64,000 nucleotides of DNA from a virus: positions 39,318 through 103,317 of IMG/VR virus record IMGVR_UViG_3300042940_003205. One strand, given 5' to 3'. The notes under the pieces were generated by a model. That model was not told the origin of the DNA, did not search any database, and saw only the letters and a list, made by a program, of their open reading frames with translations. Each line of letters opens with the position of its first letter. The first letter of the stretch is position 1. Made by a program: the position numbers and the translations under genes. This document shows positions 24,101 through 32,867 of this stretch, in pieces.

Positions 24101-25569
24101 TTGAACTTCCATCCCCTCAATGGAATTGGAACAGGATTACTTGTAAGCTCATAACCATCTAAAGTAAGTATTTGATTGAGCTCATTAATGTTGGTACAAC
24201 CATTAACTTGCACCCATTTATCAGGGTAATCATAATGATCAACAGGCATTTCAGTTGTATCAAATTTTTCTTTTGATAAATTGTTATCTAAAACTGCATG
24301 TATCCATTTTTGCCTATTATCAAATTTTAATTTGCTTCCAGGCTTTGGTCCAACTTTTCCTGTACGATTATCAGAAGCAATCATTTCTATGATTTCATAA
24401 AATCTATAAGTTTGACTTCCTGATATTATGCCATTAGTTGTTTCTACTTTTTGGAAAGTAGGAAAAGGATATTCTCTTCTTTTGTAAGAAAATGTTTCAC
24501 CCTTGCTATCGAAACCAACAATATACGCTGTTAATTTATCAGAATAATTTTCTTTCCATTGTTTAATTGAGCTTTCAAAAGTTGCTTTTCTTGATGCTTG
24601 AGTTATCATTTCAAATCTTGCAAATGATTTGGGGTTAGGGTCGCCAAAAGTTGCATCAGGATGTGCTTTTACATCAAAGAATTCTGTATCAACATACGAA
24701 TAAGGCGTTTGTGCAAATATTTTTTCATCTGAAGTTGAAAATGGAACACTTGAAGAAACTGAAACATATCCTGAATTTGGCAAAGTGCCTGCAAAAAAGT
24801 TTGCTTGTTTATTGACAGTGTAATCTGCTGGAATTGTAGATGTATTTCCATAAAAAGATTTTGAATAAAATTGAGTTTTACCTTTAGAATCTGTGTGTTT
24901 GATAAGAATTCCCATAACAGACTTTTTAGTAGTGTCAGGAGCTTCAAACCAATTAAGTGTTGTATACTTTGGCCATTGTCTGACTGTATTTTTATCAAGT
25001 TTTTTTGGCTTCCAATATTCATCATCTCCGCAATTTGAAGAAGACGGTAAAAAATAATTTTCTGATGGATAGTATTCATCTATACCAACAAATTCATTCA
25101 TAGGAGTACCGTAATACATCACTCCTTCAATTGTTCCAGAAACAGCAACTACATCTAAATTACTTGGATTAAATGGGACTGTTGCCAAAATAAAACTATC
25201 TCTAACTGTTCCTGGAGTTTCTCCTCCAAATCCCTCGGCTTTTAGATTATAACTGAATTTTACTGATGCTGTTTTATTATCCGTATCGAATAAATTGGGA
25301 CCAAAATCAGATATAGCTCCATCACCATTAAAATACAATGCGACATTAGAAGTTTCTCCTTCTGGATCTCTATTTATAACTGCACAACTGCCAGTAAAAA
25401 TATCTCCATATTCAAACTTGATATATGATCCTGTAGTAAAAAAAGTTTTACCAGCTTTTATTCCAGCTATTTCTCCAGCTTGCTCATTTCCAAAAACTAC
25501 TTCATAGTTAAATTTGAATTTACCTATGAAACTTATATTTCTGGAGCGATCAATTTTATATACGGCCAT
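15163..25569 (-). CDS. Giant adhesin-like virion protein (3468 aa): long unique N-terminus, about 14 PKD domains, RCC1-like C-terminus
   Basis: Repeated N-x-P-P-x-A...W[DN]FGDG...H-x-Y...G-x-Y-x-V-x-LTVTD. RCC1 signature IAAGLRHTLVVDVDGKLYASGSNSNGQLG. Confidence 0.85.
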   Translation of the reverse strand: MAVYKIDRSRNISFIGKFKFNYEVVFGNEQAGEIAGIKAGKTFFTTGSYIKFEYGDIFTGSCAVINRDPEGETSNVALYFNGDGAISDFGPNLFDTDNKTASVKFSYNLKAEGFGGETPGTVRDSFILATVPFNPSNLDVVAVSGTIEGVMYYGTPMNEFVGIDEYYPSENYFLPSSSNCGDDEYWKPKKLDKNTVRQWPKYTTLNWFEAPDTTKKSVMGILIKHTDSKGKTQFYSKSFYGNTSTIPADYTVNKQANFFAGTLPNSGYVSVSSSVPFSTSDEKIFAQTPYSYVDTEFFDVKAHPDATFGDPNPKSFARFEMITQASRKATFESSIKQWKENYSDKLTAYIVGFDSKGETFSYKRREYPFPTFQKVETTNGIISGSQTYRFYEIIEMIASDNRTGKVGPKPGSKLKFDNRQKWIHAVLDNNLSKEKFDTTEMPVDHYDYPDKWVQVNGCTNINELNQILTLDGYELTSNPVPIPLRGWKFNAMSLYQEPSLLLMGTGNLRNYSGTAQNPYFYGAENLSGYRYLSIQIRSKDGENHSSNFDITSTSKGPSIEGDTRTNEDIKTWSVSTKSKTFENIIIDLCNPNNKIDFVDNQDSPYPRLNTYTTSRPQESDVLGFLAQSNRPKDDFLIVKPSLISSSKEWIDQTIKQRIIDSGYIYLTDKTSEVVDYFEVNTRKFPSIGGTNVIYGKPRVYNGRIKLARYWNGLEGSNSRNPDYRKTLYLYIPQNDITKNKTIEDFIKKDKNGNYPDEYQIYDYDPGVPDVSENITKLTADYVDGSTIMFVNPITAYENNIIVPYDAILLENPTTKVSKKYKIIEYVNDTLNSGKTFLRVNFETFDPNLRFVSNNTNIKFCFYDSESDDSFRTIFVKFKTINKFGNQYVATLEYAKLAINDVPDYDGIPYQTNGQYNYYSTNAPVISLVPPKLVEFTFPVDTEIRTNIATNIVSDNEVNAIDDFPEDEASNGPYYGISRIKKIELISDALELGEIKLIRNNSLSNFVYSGNNNTFESQTRFKPSTTLETSYFTRRFWQQNTDSRDEEEGDIDWQITTGSVTGEDQISLNPKSISDLCDSINKKDSYVAPRWLNSSNAYSSVYRHPGWKAQKVPKRETIDPITGQTITTYNLDPEYLNSETGYATWIFGGGLLAVPSGKNSGSGTSYIQAIDVNFNQLQNILAQTIFHRINADFPPGKPDLFGNTSLRNDDGTVQESTLHLRGGLIARGPGYGLILPPQKSTPDNLRKANLIESVSRLNVGSSESDAKGFFETGSIYGKNKIDHYIELERSKNFPTPSDYRSTNRNMSQSKRERASFKGGKQNVATNVTACESGFEKSIVIAYTVPSTKPGQENQTAIISTDSFFSKQYEKYPVGFNTVTGTGVSLRGEFPVLVSSETHINQTYRVNTFLFTERSSNSNSTNSHYYDNLISANTDMRNKFSWHPFIDGHAKTDANFSTLSKAFVGTKYNSYSITDQAPQVINVGYADPGAIIFRSISLNTTNINPPVTDKVIFIDGIAPTYISDFRLLEPINSSGTAYSSFPAVAQLSSREYIVAYTMDKTPRTINFKIISNYRALSKNTLLDLDALTGNTLSDRYNIYGLSSDYDEKLRLFRSVFWCNGGIYYFEYPVSSSSLVSKRSDKIHLIKGKLDENLVTELTNRRNIITYFNSDSDLNAEVPKQKPAIISCKKQEYDGKVLIAYDTGKCYIEAILFHPFTKIIGTRRFDIECVNTIDSTIQDTKPIADIQANPNSGQSALFVNFLSTNSYDPGGSALSYAWNFGDETQSTEENPSHTFINNTISPIIFKVTLIVTNSNGFNSDPASVLITVNPAPINNLSPQAKFSATPTSGDVTLSVSFADQSNPANDGSFIQTYEWDFGDGETAIKFDNLPFTYDYTRAGSFTPTLIVKDNLARLSSKFIGPTINVNGVVNSPPSPSFKWAQTSFAPTLKVQFTDTSSDDEGPIVAWNWNFGDNQTADVQNPEHIYADPGKYRVILTVTDSGGLQASGTIEITVAPPGNNPPIANFLFSQQDRKLVIDFKDTSSDTDGMITSWNWNFGDNSTSAVQNPSHTYFSAGRYEVTLTVTDNGGKSSFITKNVIVSPLVNQAPIISNVTGNQTSFKPLIVKFTETSSDSDGFITQWDWNFGDGHVFSTSDPTLKNPTNIYFFPGTYTVFLTVTDDGLPDGTNKKTSTSSIRFTVAPPPANQPPVALFTVDSNNVLAPAKILFTDTSTDTDGKIVSWLWEFETGSTSFFNAQTYQKTVSHTFTRSGTYPVKLTVTDDGNLQSIYILDIVVKNNPPAAILTASPNPVLSKTQVNFFGNNSFDSDGNITKYAWNFGDGTIISQGKTTESHTYAKPGTYDASLTVTDNIGDSSTANLLINVTNRNPVARITYTTLTVKAPGSLTFNGDTSTDEDGLIASYSWSVSNTVVASTPNATINFTTQGTYVVSLTVTDDLGATNTTSISVNVTPPDNILPIAVLSVDKNSGVINDTFVFDVSSSRDPDGSIILYRLDFGDGTFTQFVNSALISHIYKTVGVFTAKLIVTDNRTGVSLETANSIQVITINNQPPIANFSFSPVNAFTFDPITFIDNSSDPENALSRWSWDYGDGTSFTTNDPLQKNPTKSYNKGNKDYTVSLTVYDNFEISSTTSQIIRINNRKPFAVIATSSTPRNNVITGISPFTVTFDSNSYDLDGTVANYEWYINGLVGTPFTNKSFTYTFNSPRFTPYTVTLKVQDDDGDWSDVVNIGVKVNFPNIPPVAVISANPQSNTSLAPVSVNFSAAGSYDPDNVGGPLIYSWDFGNGSVADQVNATTVYNNPGTYKVSLTVTDNLAATNTATLDYIVKNSKPVAVLDTVPSGITQVQINTSLTYTSQGSYDNDTNQFINGYKWLVDGINQNSNTSTLSTSFSTTSNHVVTLSVFDNLGLESESVSKTIFVVSAPPPPPINKNPVAILGNEPSVSGYIELKVGNSFTFDGTTSYDPEDGSNITFEWSIDGVKSGYNSTFTNQFNTIGIFTVSLLVFDTQKLSSTPTTNLEKRYSVNVNVSAAPNPLANKLFSSGQAFYGAIASGLNTPDRYGFQLVDDTKQYTIIAAGLRHTLVVDVDGKLYASGSNSNGQLGFPSSITQLNSLTLVPLASKYKVVKVSAGDFQSAIIAEDISINKKVLLVCGSNIGGIFGQSLPKTDIYNFQPIIERNITNNGASYTSNNSLQDISCNNQILAFIDNKQVWVAGLHNYTNKTGVVDNGFIPINIDPNPDLQIGSTNYLNPFKLSVGNTSGINSLGGFVSGIGYDIDNQIVWFTGITRLRGWGYAYDISTNNGLINIISATQDQFDRSIVFYELYNNETPQFLGASQLVSSSYPGEYFVKISQGTSALLALSQNHFFAYGVNQNGCMGLPQSFNSSEQYNLQNNLPKYFISSNDSVIGAYDITTAGSHSIILASNVKPTGNNFTVIRPGGYPSVNNLTIYPTTQAAD
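16440..20365 (-). repeat. Tandem array of about 14 PKD (Ig-like) domains
   Basis: Counted cores: YAWNFGDE, YEWDFGDG, WNWNFGDN (x2), WDWNFGDG, WLWEFETG, YAWNFGDG, YSWSVSN, YRLDFGDG, WSWDYGDG, YEWYING, YSWDFGNG, YKWLVDG, FEWSIDG. Boundaries approximate. Confidence 0.85.
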
Positions 25570-25570
25570 G

Positions 25571-28500
25571 TTAACTTCTTAAGAATCTTTCTAACATAGT
25601 TTGTACAGTCTGCTGAGTTTCCTTACGAAGCTCTTGTATCCTTTCTTCTGTCTTAATTTCTATGTTGAAAATTTCTTGGATTATTTCTTTTTTGATAGTG
25701 TTGAATTCATTTTTAGTGATTACATTGGATACTAAATTATTTGTTACATTTTCAATTTTCTTGACAAGCAACTCTTCTACTTTGTTTTCAACTATCTTCT
25801 CTGTCTTTTTTTGCTCTTCTTTCTCATGATGATAATTGTTTGAAGTGAAAGTTTGACGATTATCTACCTTGTAATAATTGTCTTTCTTCTCTCTATAAAC
25901 ATCAATTTTAATCTGTGAATTATTATTTACAATGCGATTTTGAACTTGTTCAATCTTTTGAATATTTTGTGTGACTTTTCTTTCACTAGTGCTTTTTTGA
26001 ACATTCAAGACATCCAGCAATTGAAAGAAATTATTTACCTTCCTATCTTTGCTTGTCTTATTTACCTTTTGTTCGCTATAGAAATTCATCATATCAAAGA
26101 AGTTCTGCTCAACTTTATATGAATTACCCTGGACTTTTATAGTTTCTTTATTCATCCTATCTAAACGCTTGGATATACGTGCAAATTCTTTTTCAGTTCG
26201 CTTTTCTTGCTTAATTTGCTGTGTCAGATTAAGTTCTGTAAATAAATTAGAAATATTCTTTTTATTACTCTCAAAGCTATAACGATTTAATATGGTTGTA
26301 TTTTTTTCAGTTTCAAGTAAATTAAGATTCTGGATATATTCTTGTAATTGAACTTTTTGTGTTTTATTTATTATTTGGACAGTTGAATTATTAACTTCAT
26401 TATTTACAATGTTGATATCTTGTAAGGTTTCTCTAATCTTTTGTCTTTGAGAAATATTGCTAATCTTGCTTTCAAATCTATTAAAAGATTGGATATAATT
26501 CTTACTTAAATTGATAGCAGTAATGAATTCTTTTTGATCAATCTTACTTGTTCTATTTACAATATTGTTTTCTTGAATTATATTGTTTACATAGTTTAAA
26601 TTCTTTACTATTTGGTCAACATTCTTAACTTGCGCAATTTTATTTATTTGCTGAACACTTGTCTTAAATTCTTGATAGTTCTGTGAAATCAAATTTAAGT
26701 CTTTAGTAATTTGATTGATATTATTGGTGTTTGAAATCTTAGAAATATTCTGAGCAGTTTCTTGTGTGACATTTACAGTGTCCAAAATTTCAACATTTTT
26801 AACAAGATTTGAAATCTTATTGTAGATCTTTCTTTCTTGCAGAGTCTTTGTCAAATTTACAATATTAAGTAAATCTTTGCTTTCAATATTAGAAATCTTT
26901 TGGACAACTTCTGTTATTTGATTTACACTGGATAACTTAAAGTTAGATATATCATTGGTTTTTGTTAGATTGATTATCTTATTCAATTTATTGATATTTT
27001 CAAATTGGCTTATCTGTTTGACAACATTTACTTGTTCTTGAGTCAAGTTATTTATCTTACTTATTTGGCTTAATTTTTCAATATTTTCAGACACAAGATT
27101 TAATTGAGAAACTTTTAAGTTTTTAACATTTGACACATCTATATTTTTAGAAACATTGATAAGATTTTTTAAGTTTTGAATTTCAGTTTTAAATTCTGAA
27201 CTATTCAAATTACTTATCTCATCAATGTTTTCTGTTATCTGATTGACATTGTTGTATTTTGCAAGTCTGGTAATTTTTCTTACAATATTTTCAGTTTTTT
27301 TAATATCTTGTGTAACGTTGATATTTTTTAGTAAATTAATTTTTTCTGTAATATTTTCTGTGTTAAAATTTGAAAGTTTTTCCACAGTAAAACCAATATT
27401 AGATTTGTTTACTGTTTGATTAAAATTTTCAACATTTTTCTGGTCAACACGAATAGTAGATATCTTAGGATAAATAAAATTTGTATTTAAATTTTCAATT
27501 ACATTCGAGATATTTTTATAACTTTGCGCTATTCTGGTAAAGGATTTTGATTCTGATAAATTTACAAAAGATTTAAATTCTTCAACATTTATAGAAGATA
27601 ATTTATTGACAATTTGATTTTCAGTGTTGTTATAATCAACAACATTTTTAGAAAGACTAACTAGATTCTTTATGTTCTCTACTGTGGAACTTGAAACTTT
27701 GGTTATTTCTAAATTATTATTTTTAGAATAATTTAAAATATCAACCAAATTCTTAATATTTGAAGTGTTGATATTACTTTGTCTCAACACTGTGTAAATA
27801 CTGTTCAACTGTTCTTCATTTGTAACCAGAGATAGCAAAGCTCTTATTGTTTGATTATTAGATATATTGCTTATTTTATTTACAATTATGTTAGAATATT
27901 CATCTACATAGTCTGTATTATTTAAAACATTCTTTATTTCTTTAGCTACAAAATTACTAGTTTTTTCTTGAATATGAACCATTCTGTGATGGACAAAAGA
28001 AATGTTTTGTTGAGCTACATTTAATTCATTTTTGATTTTTGAAATTTTATTTTCAACATACTGATTACTATTTTTGATTGTCTTTAAAACTGCATATTGA
28101 AATTCATAATCATTGGCAGTATATTCATAATTTACATTTTTGGTTAAATTTAAAATATTTTTGTAATGGTTATTTTTGTGAGTTACACTGTGTCTATGAA
28201 TATTCTGATAGGTGTTTTTAAGGTTGACTTCAGTTTGTCTAATTTGCTGCACTGTGTCATTGAAGAAATTTAAGTTCTGAATAAACTCTCTGTATCTATT
28301 TTCAATATGCCTGTAAAAATTATAAGAGGTAGACAGGTTCTTTAAATTTGTCTCATAAACAGTTTTTTCAGAATGGTTAAGAATTCTATTAAACTCAATG
28401 CTTAAGTTTTTGCTGTGCTGGTTGACTATCTTGAAGAATTGATTTTCAACATTAGGCGCAATATTTAAGTCTTTCAAAAAAGCCTTATATAAATTTTCAA

Positions 28501-29458
28501 AATCAATTTTAGTAGCTTCAGAAAATTTACTTACATTGGTTACTTGCTGATTAACAGTTCTATTGGTATTGTTTATAAAATTGAAGTCAGTGTTATTAGC
28601 AGTGTTAATATTATTTACTGTTCTTGAAGATCTGACTTTTAATTCTATTTTATTATTATTTTGTAAATTTAGTTGATTTACATTTGTAACTGAATTGTTG
28701 CTTATAGATCTTGTATTGTTTGCAATATTATTGGACAAAGATACATCTTGAAGATAAGCGTTTACTTCCTCCTTTTTTGCATTGCCTGGTCTTACTTCAA
28801 ATTTTTTTTTTACCTTAACTTCATTAGGATTGAGTCCTAGTTTCTTTATGGCCTCATTTATAAGAGTTTCATTTTCATTTAAAGATTCTTGAGATTCCGT
28901 ATCTTCAAAGTATTGATTGAATCCACCAGAACTAACTCCTGAGGTCAGCATCTCCATAAATCTTGGATACAATTGAAAAAAACCATTCATAACTCTTTCA
29001 TCAACTGATTCAAATTGCTCAATATTTAATTTTTTAATTGAATCATCTGATTTCAAGGATTTTAAGTTTTGTAAAGCCATCATAAATTCAATTTGGTCAG
29101 AGTTTAAACCAAATGAGCTATAATCTATAATTTTTTCTTTATATTCTTTTACTTTAGTTGGATAAATTATATCTGGGTCAATATTAACTTTATTTAGTTC
29201 TAAATTTTCAGAATAATTTGTGTGAAAAGGATTTATTCTGTAGAGTTTTCTCGGAAGAATTTTCGAAGAAACATCTGGAATTTTATAATCGTTAGGATCT
29301 TCAGTCGTGCCAGCGGTATGAAGTTCTTTCTTGATATTATAAGAAATTGCTTTTGTAGATGGTACGTATTGAAAATAACAATTTAATTCTGCAGACGTAA
29401 TAAATGCATCTGACTGAATTGAAATTTTATCATATTCGATAAAATCAATATCTGACAT
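25571..29458 (-). CDS. Asn/Ile/Lys/Gln-rich low-complexity protein (1295 aa), possibly tape-measure-like
   Basis: Long ORF with degenerate [IV]-N-L-[ST]-K repeats and very few G/P/C/W. The function is inference only. Confidence 0.6.
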   Translation of the reverse strand: MSDIDFIEYDKISIQSDAFITSAELNCYFQYVPSTKAISYNIKKELHTAGTTEDPNDYKIPDVSSKILPRKLYRINPFHTNYSENLELNKVNIDPDIIYPTKVKEYKEKIIDYSSFGLNSDQIEFMMALQNLKSLKSDDSIKKLNIEQFESVDERVMNGFFQLYPRFMEMLTSGVSSGGFNQYFEDTESQESLNENETLINEAIKKLGLNPNEVKVKKKFEVRPGNAKKEEVNAYLQDVSLSNNIANNTRSISNNSVTNVNQLNLQNNNKIELKVRSSRTVNNINTANNTDFNFINNTNRTVNQQVTNVSKFSEATKIDFENLYKAFLKDLNIAPNVENQFFKIVNQHSKNLSIEFNRILNHSEKTVYETNLKNLSTSYNFYRHIENRYREFIQNLNFFNDTVQQIRQTEVNLKNTYQNIHRHSVTHKNNHYKNILNLTKNVNYEYTANDYEFQYAVLKTIKNSNQYVENKISKIKNELNVAQQNISFVHHRMVHIQEKTSNFVAKEIKNVLNNTDYVDEYSNIIVNKISNISNNQTIRALLSLVTNEEQLNSIYTVLRQSNINTSNIKNLVDILNYSKNNNLEITKVSSSTVENIKNLVSLSKNVVDYNNTENQIVNKLSSINVEEFKSFVNLSESKSFTRIAQSYKNISNVIENLNTNFIYPKISTIRVDQKNVENFNQTVNKSNIGFTVEKLSNFNTENITEKINLLKNINVTQDIKKTENIVRKITRLAKYNNVNQITENIDEISNLNSSEFKTEIQNLKNLINVSKNIDVSNVKNLKVSQLNLVSENIEKLSQISKINNLTQEQVNVVKQISQFENINKLNKIINLTKTNDISNFKLSSVNQITEVVQKISNIESKDLLNIVNLTKTLQERKIYNKISNLVKNVEILDTVNVTQETAQNISKISNTNNINQITKDLNLISQNYQEFKTSVQQINKIAQVKNVDQIVKNLNYVNNIIQENNIVNRTSKIDQKEFITAINLSKNYIQSFNRFESKISNISQRQKIRETLQDINIVNNEVNNSTVQIINKTQKVQLQEYIQNLNLLETEKNTTILNRYSFESNKKNISNLFTELNLTQQIKQEKRTEKEFARISKRLDRMNKETIKVQGNSYKVEQNFFDMMNFYSEQKVNKTSKDRKVNNFFQLLDVLNVQKSTSERKVTQNIQKIEQVQNRIVNNNSQIKIDVYREKKDNYYKVDNRQTFTSNNYHHEKEEQKKTEKIVENKVEELLVKKIENVTNNLVSNVITKNEFNTIKKEIIQEIFNIEIKTEERIQELRKETQQTVQTMLERFLRS

Positions 29459-29477
29459 AAATTAATTGTAAAGGAGA

Positions 29478-30368
29478 TTATTTCTTTTTGAATCTATGAT
29501 GATGAATCTTGGTTGTCAATTCGTTTCTAGTTTCTTTTGGATGTTCCAGCGCTGTACCAAAATCTGGGCTACCTTCAGAGTCTTCATAAAGTTCATTATA
29601 GTAGTTTTCAATCACTTCATCAGCGTTTTTTTGCATATCATCTTCAGCTATCTTGATAAACTTAGAATTAGTATGAGCAATATTTGAAGAAAATAATGTA
29701 AACTCTCCACCAGTAACTAAATCAAAAATGTAAGAATCTAAATCTTCAATATTTTCTTTTCTGGCCCTAATTTGTCTTTCAAGAGAAGCTAAGTCTCTTG
29801 GACCTTGCCATCTGTAAGATTCTTCACTAGGATCTAATTGTAATGAAGCACCAACACCTGACGTATACAAAGCACTTAAAAAATCAGCATATTCACCAGT
29901 AAAAATTGGTTTATTTTCTAAATCTCTAACTTTACTCTCAAGTTTGCTTATGAAATCTCTAACCTTGACTTTTTTACCATCCATATCAAGAATTTCAGAA
30001 TTTTGATCTTGTATTTTCTTAAGTCTTTTGATTTCTGCTTCAACAGCATATCTATTATAATCAAATAAACGTTGATTTAAAATAGTTTTTGATAAATCTT
30101 TAGCTTCTGGCAATTTCATTAAAGATTCAGCTTCATCTTTTTTGTTCTGCTCTGTCTCTTCTTCTGTAGGCGGTATATATGGAGTAGATGAACTATTATT
30201 TGGAGTGTTAAATGCTTGCTGTTTATGAAAATCTATTTCATAATCATATCCATACTTTGACTTACCTTTTTTTCCTTGAGCTCTACCTAAGGACCAATCA
30301 ATATATTCAGGAGACGATGATCCACTAAATTGTGCTTTTTTTAAAAATCTGTTTTTTATCTTAAACAT
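29478..30368 (-). CDS. Hypothetical protein (296 aa), candidate internal head protein
   Basis: Charged and helical. Carries FLKKAQ near the N-terminus and FIKIAE internally. Confidence 0.6.
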   Translation of the reverse strand: MFKIKNRFLKKAQFSGSSSPEYIDWSLGRAQGKKGKSKYGYDYEIDFHKQQAFNTPNNSSSTPYIPPTEEETEQNKKDEAESLMKLPEAKDLSKTILNQRLFDYNRYAVEAEIKRLKKIQDQNSEILDMDGKKVKVRDFISKLESKVRDLENKPIFTGEYADFLSALYTSGVGASLQLDPSEESYRWQGPRDLASLERQIRARKENIEDLDSYIFDLVTGGEFTLFSSNIAHTNSKFIKIAEDDMQKNADEVIENYYNELYEDSEGSPDFGTALEHPKETRNELTTKIHHHRFKKK

Positions 30369-32865
30369 TATTTTCTCTTATTCTTTGCAAATCTGTAGGC
30401 GGAGTAGGAATACTTGCTTCACCAGTAGAGGTAGTTAAGTCTTGTCTAATTGTAGAATCAAGATCTACAGGCTTTTCATATTGAGAAACTCTCTTGTACT
30501 CTTCTAGAAGAATGTTTAAAGCATCCTCTTCTTCTTTTCTTATTAAGTAAAGCTGTCTTAAGAAACCATTTGGACTTGATATCAATGCTGCAGTAGATAA
30601 TCCTGCTTTCTTAAATTTAGCAATAGCTTTTTGAATTGGTCCTATCTTCTGCATTAATCTTAATTTTCTAGAAATTTGAGCTATGATCAAAGCAGTAGAA
30701 GAAATCTTGCCATATTCGTTTTGGAAAAATTTTAGATCTTTTTCAATATCAGCAATAGATGTTTGAATTAATTTAATTTTAAAAGGATCTAGTTTTTCCT
30801 TTGAAATTCTATTAAAAGCTCTTATTAATAAATCTTTTTCAAACTGTGTTTGTTTAATTATTTCAATAAGTAATTTTTTAAAATCTTCATATTTCTTTTT
30901 GATCTCTTCAGGTCTAGAAAGAGGTGTCTCACCTGATCCATCACCCAAATCTACTGCCATCTTGATATCATTTTCAAGATTCTTATTTGTGTTTTCAACT
31001 AATCGAATATTTTGCTTTCTTTTTTGAACTAGAACTATTCTCGCATTTTGTTCAACTTCTGTTGCAAACAAGATAGCATTTACTTGAGCTTCATTATCCA
31101 AAAGTATCAAACCTTCAGGTGTCAAATTTCCATTACTGTCTAGAACACCTGTCTGTGAAGGCAATTTTACGCCGCCAATACCTCTATTCAAAAGCTCTTC
31201 TTTGGCAAAACTAGCATTTATATTATTTGTTGCTTGAAACAACTTAACAATTCCAGACCAATTTCCATTTGCGTATACATTGTACGCTTCAGTACCAATA
31301 AATATGAGGCTAAATGTATCATAAACAGTCTTTATACGGCCTTCTAAATTTTTATCAGCAGCAACTGGGGTAACGTTTGTTTGCGAAGGTATTTGAGAAA
31401 CCTTAATGAAATTTTTAGAACTTGAAGTTTTAAGTGTTTTAGCTAATATATTTATTATTTCTTGACTTGAATTTGTAATTTGTTCTAATGTTGTAATAGA
31501 CTTCCAGTAATCTGATGATGCAGTTAATATGGAATCAATTATAGATTTTCCTTTTGGGGGTAAGTTTGGAATTTGAGTTGCAAGCTTGTTTTTTTGAGCA
31601 AGAAGTTCTTTAGAAATTATTCTGCCAACCTGATTGATTGCAGATGAAACCTCTGCTGAACTCTGAGCAATTCTAATATTTTGATTATTTTGAGATTCTC
31701 TTCTTCTGAAAATACCAGTACCTGTATTTGGTTCTGCTAAATCTGAATCACTCTCAGGTCTACCTCTTTGCTCTCGATCAGTTTGTCTAGGAGTTGTTGG
31801 TGAGGTATCCATATACAAAGAACCGTAAGCATCTAATATTTTTCGTGCAGCAGCAATATCATATAATATGCTTCTCAAGGCACGGTACATTGGGTCTGTC
31901 ATCAATTTTACAAAGACTTCTCCAAAGACAGTTATTTCCTTGGCTAGTACTTTGTCAACTTCAATAGTCTGTAAGATATCGACAAGAGCTCTTTGTCTGT
32001 TAGTTTGCTCTTGTATCTTTTGTAATCTATCTCTAACTTGTTGTTCTTGTCTGCGAATAACTTCATCTTCAGGTACTATTCTAAGCTGTGTAAGTTTTAG
32101 AACTTCTATCAAAGCTTTTCGCTTTTCATCATCTTCAATTAAGGGTATATATTCCAAGTCTGGAACCATACCTTTAGCTGATTCATTCATCATTTTAAAA
32201 ACTGGAACATCTGGACTAATAGCTTTTACTTGGCTGCCTAGTTTAGCCAAAGTTCTAGTCATGTCAGCATCTCTTTGCTCTTTGTAGTGTGTGAGCATAA
32301 AGGTAGCAACTTCTTTGTAAGATGTGTTAGCTTGTCCAGCGTAATTTAATGCATCTTCTAATAGAGTGAGCATTAATGTTTCAGGAACATCAGCATCATC
32401 AAAATCTTTAATAAGCCTTGCAATTTCATCAGGTCCAAAGCCAGAAGCTCTCAATCTAGAAATAATTTTATTTCTTTCAATAAGTTTTCTATTTAATGAT
32501 TGTCCTGCAACTCCTGTTTGTTCGCTATCCTCTATGGCTTGATTAATAACTCTTTCTATAAAAGAATCTTTGCTATTTGGTTCTGAGGAAGATGAACCTG
32601 ATTTAGATTCAATTTGTCTTGTAAAATCTTTTTGTTGTGATTCATCCAATTTTGGAAAATCTTCACGCATAATTCTAGCACGATCAGTTGCTGTGCCATC
32701 TTTATACTTTCTAATAAAATCTCTAAATTCAGAATCTGTAACTTGAGCAATTCTGACATTATTTTCCAAAATTAAGTTAGATGTCACGATAACAGATTCT
32801 AATTGTTCGCTTTTGGCAAACAAATTAGAATCTGAAGCAAAGATATCATTAAAGACAAATTTCAT
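30361..32865 (-). CDS. Helical coiled-coil protein (834 aa), candidate internal head/ejection protein
   Basis: Heptad-rich segments separated by VRIAQ, IRIAQ and FIKVSQ motifs. Confidence 0.6.
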   Translation of the reverse strand: MKFVFNDIFASDSNLFAKSEQLESVIVTSNLILENNVRIAQVTDSEFRDFIRKYKDGTATDRARIMREDFPKLDESQQKDFTRQIESKSGSSSSEPNSKDSFIERVINQAIEDSEQTGVAGQSLNRKLIERNKIISRLRASGFGPDEIARLIKDFDDADVPETLMLTLLEDALNYAGQANTSYKEVATFMLTHYKEQRDADMTRTLAKLGSQVKAISPDVPVFKMMNESAKGMVPDLEYIPLIEDDEKRKALIEVLKLTQLRIVPEDEVIRRQEQQVRDRLQKIQEQTNRQRALVDILQTIEVDKVLAKEITVFGEVFVKLMTDPMYRALRSILYDIAAARKILDAYGSLYMDTSPTTPRQTDREQRGRPESDSDLAEPNTGTGIFRRRESQNNQNIRIAQSSAEVSSAINQVGRIISKELLAQKNKLATQIPNLPPKGKSIIDSILTASSDYWKSITTLEQITNSSQEIINILAKTLKTSSSKNFIKVSQIPSQTNVTPVAADKNLEGRIKTVYDTFSLIFIGTEAYNVYANGNWSGIVKLFQATNNINASFAKEELLNRGIGGVKLPSQTGVLDSNGNLTPEGLILLDNEAQVNAILFATEVEQNARIVLVQKRKQNIRLVENTNKNLENDIKMAVDLGDGSGETPLSRPEEIKKKYEDFKKLLIEIIKQTQFEKDLLIRAFNRISKEKLDPFKIKLIQTSIADIEKDLKFFQNEYGKISSTALIIAQISRKLRLMQKIGPIQKAIAKFKKAGLSTAALISSPNGFLRQLYLIRKEEEDALNILLEEYKRVSQYEKPVDLDSTIRQDLTTSTGEASIPTPPTDLQRIRENNV

Positions 32866-32867
32866 AT

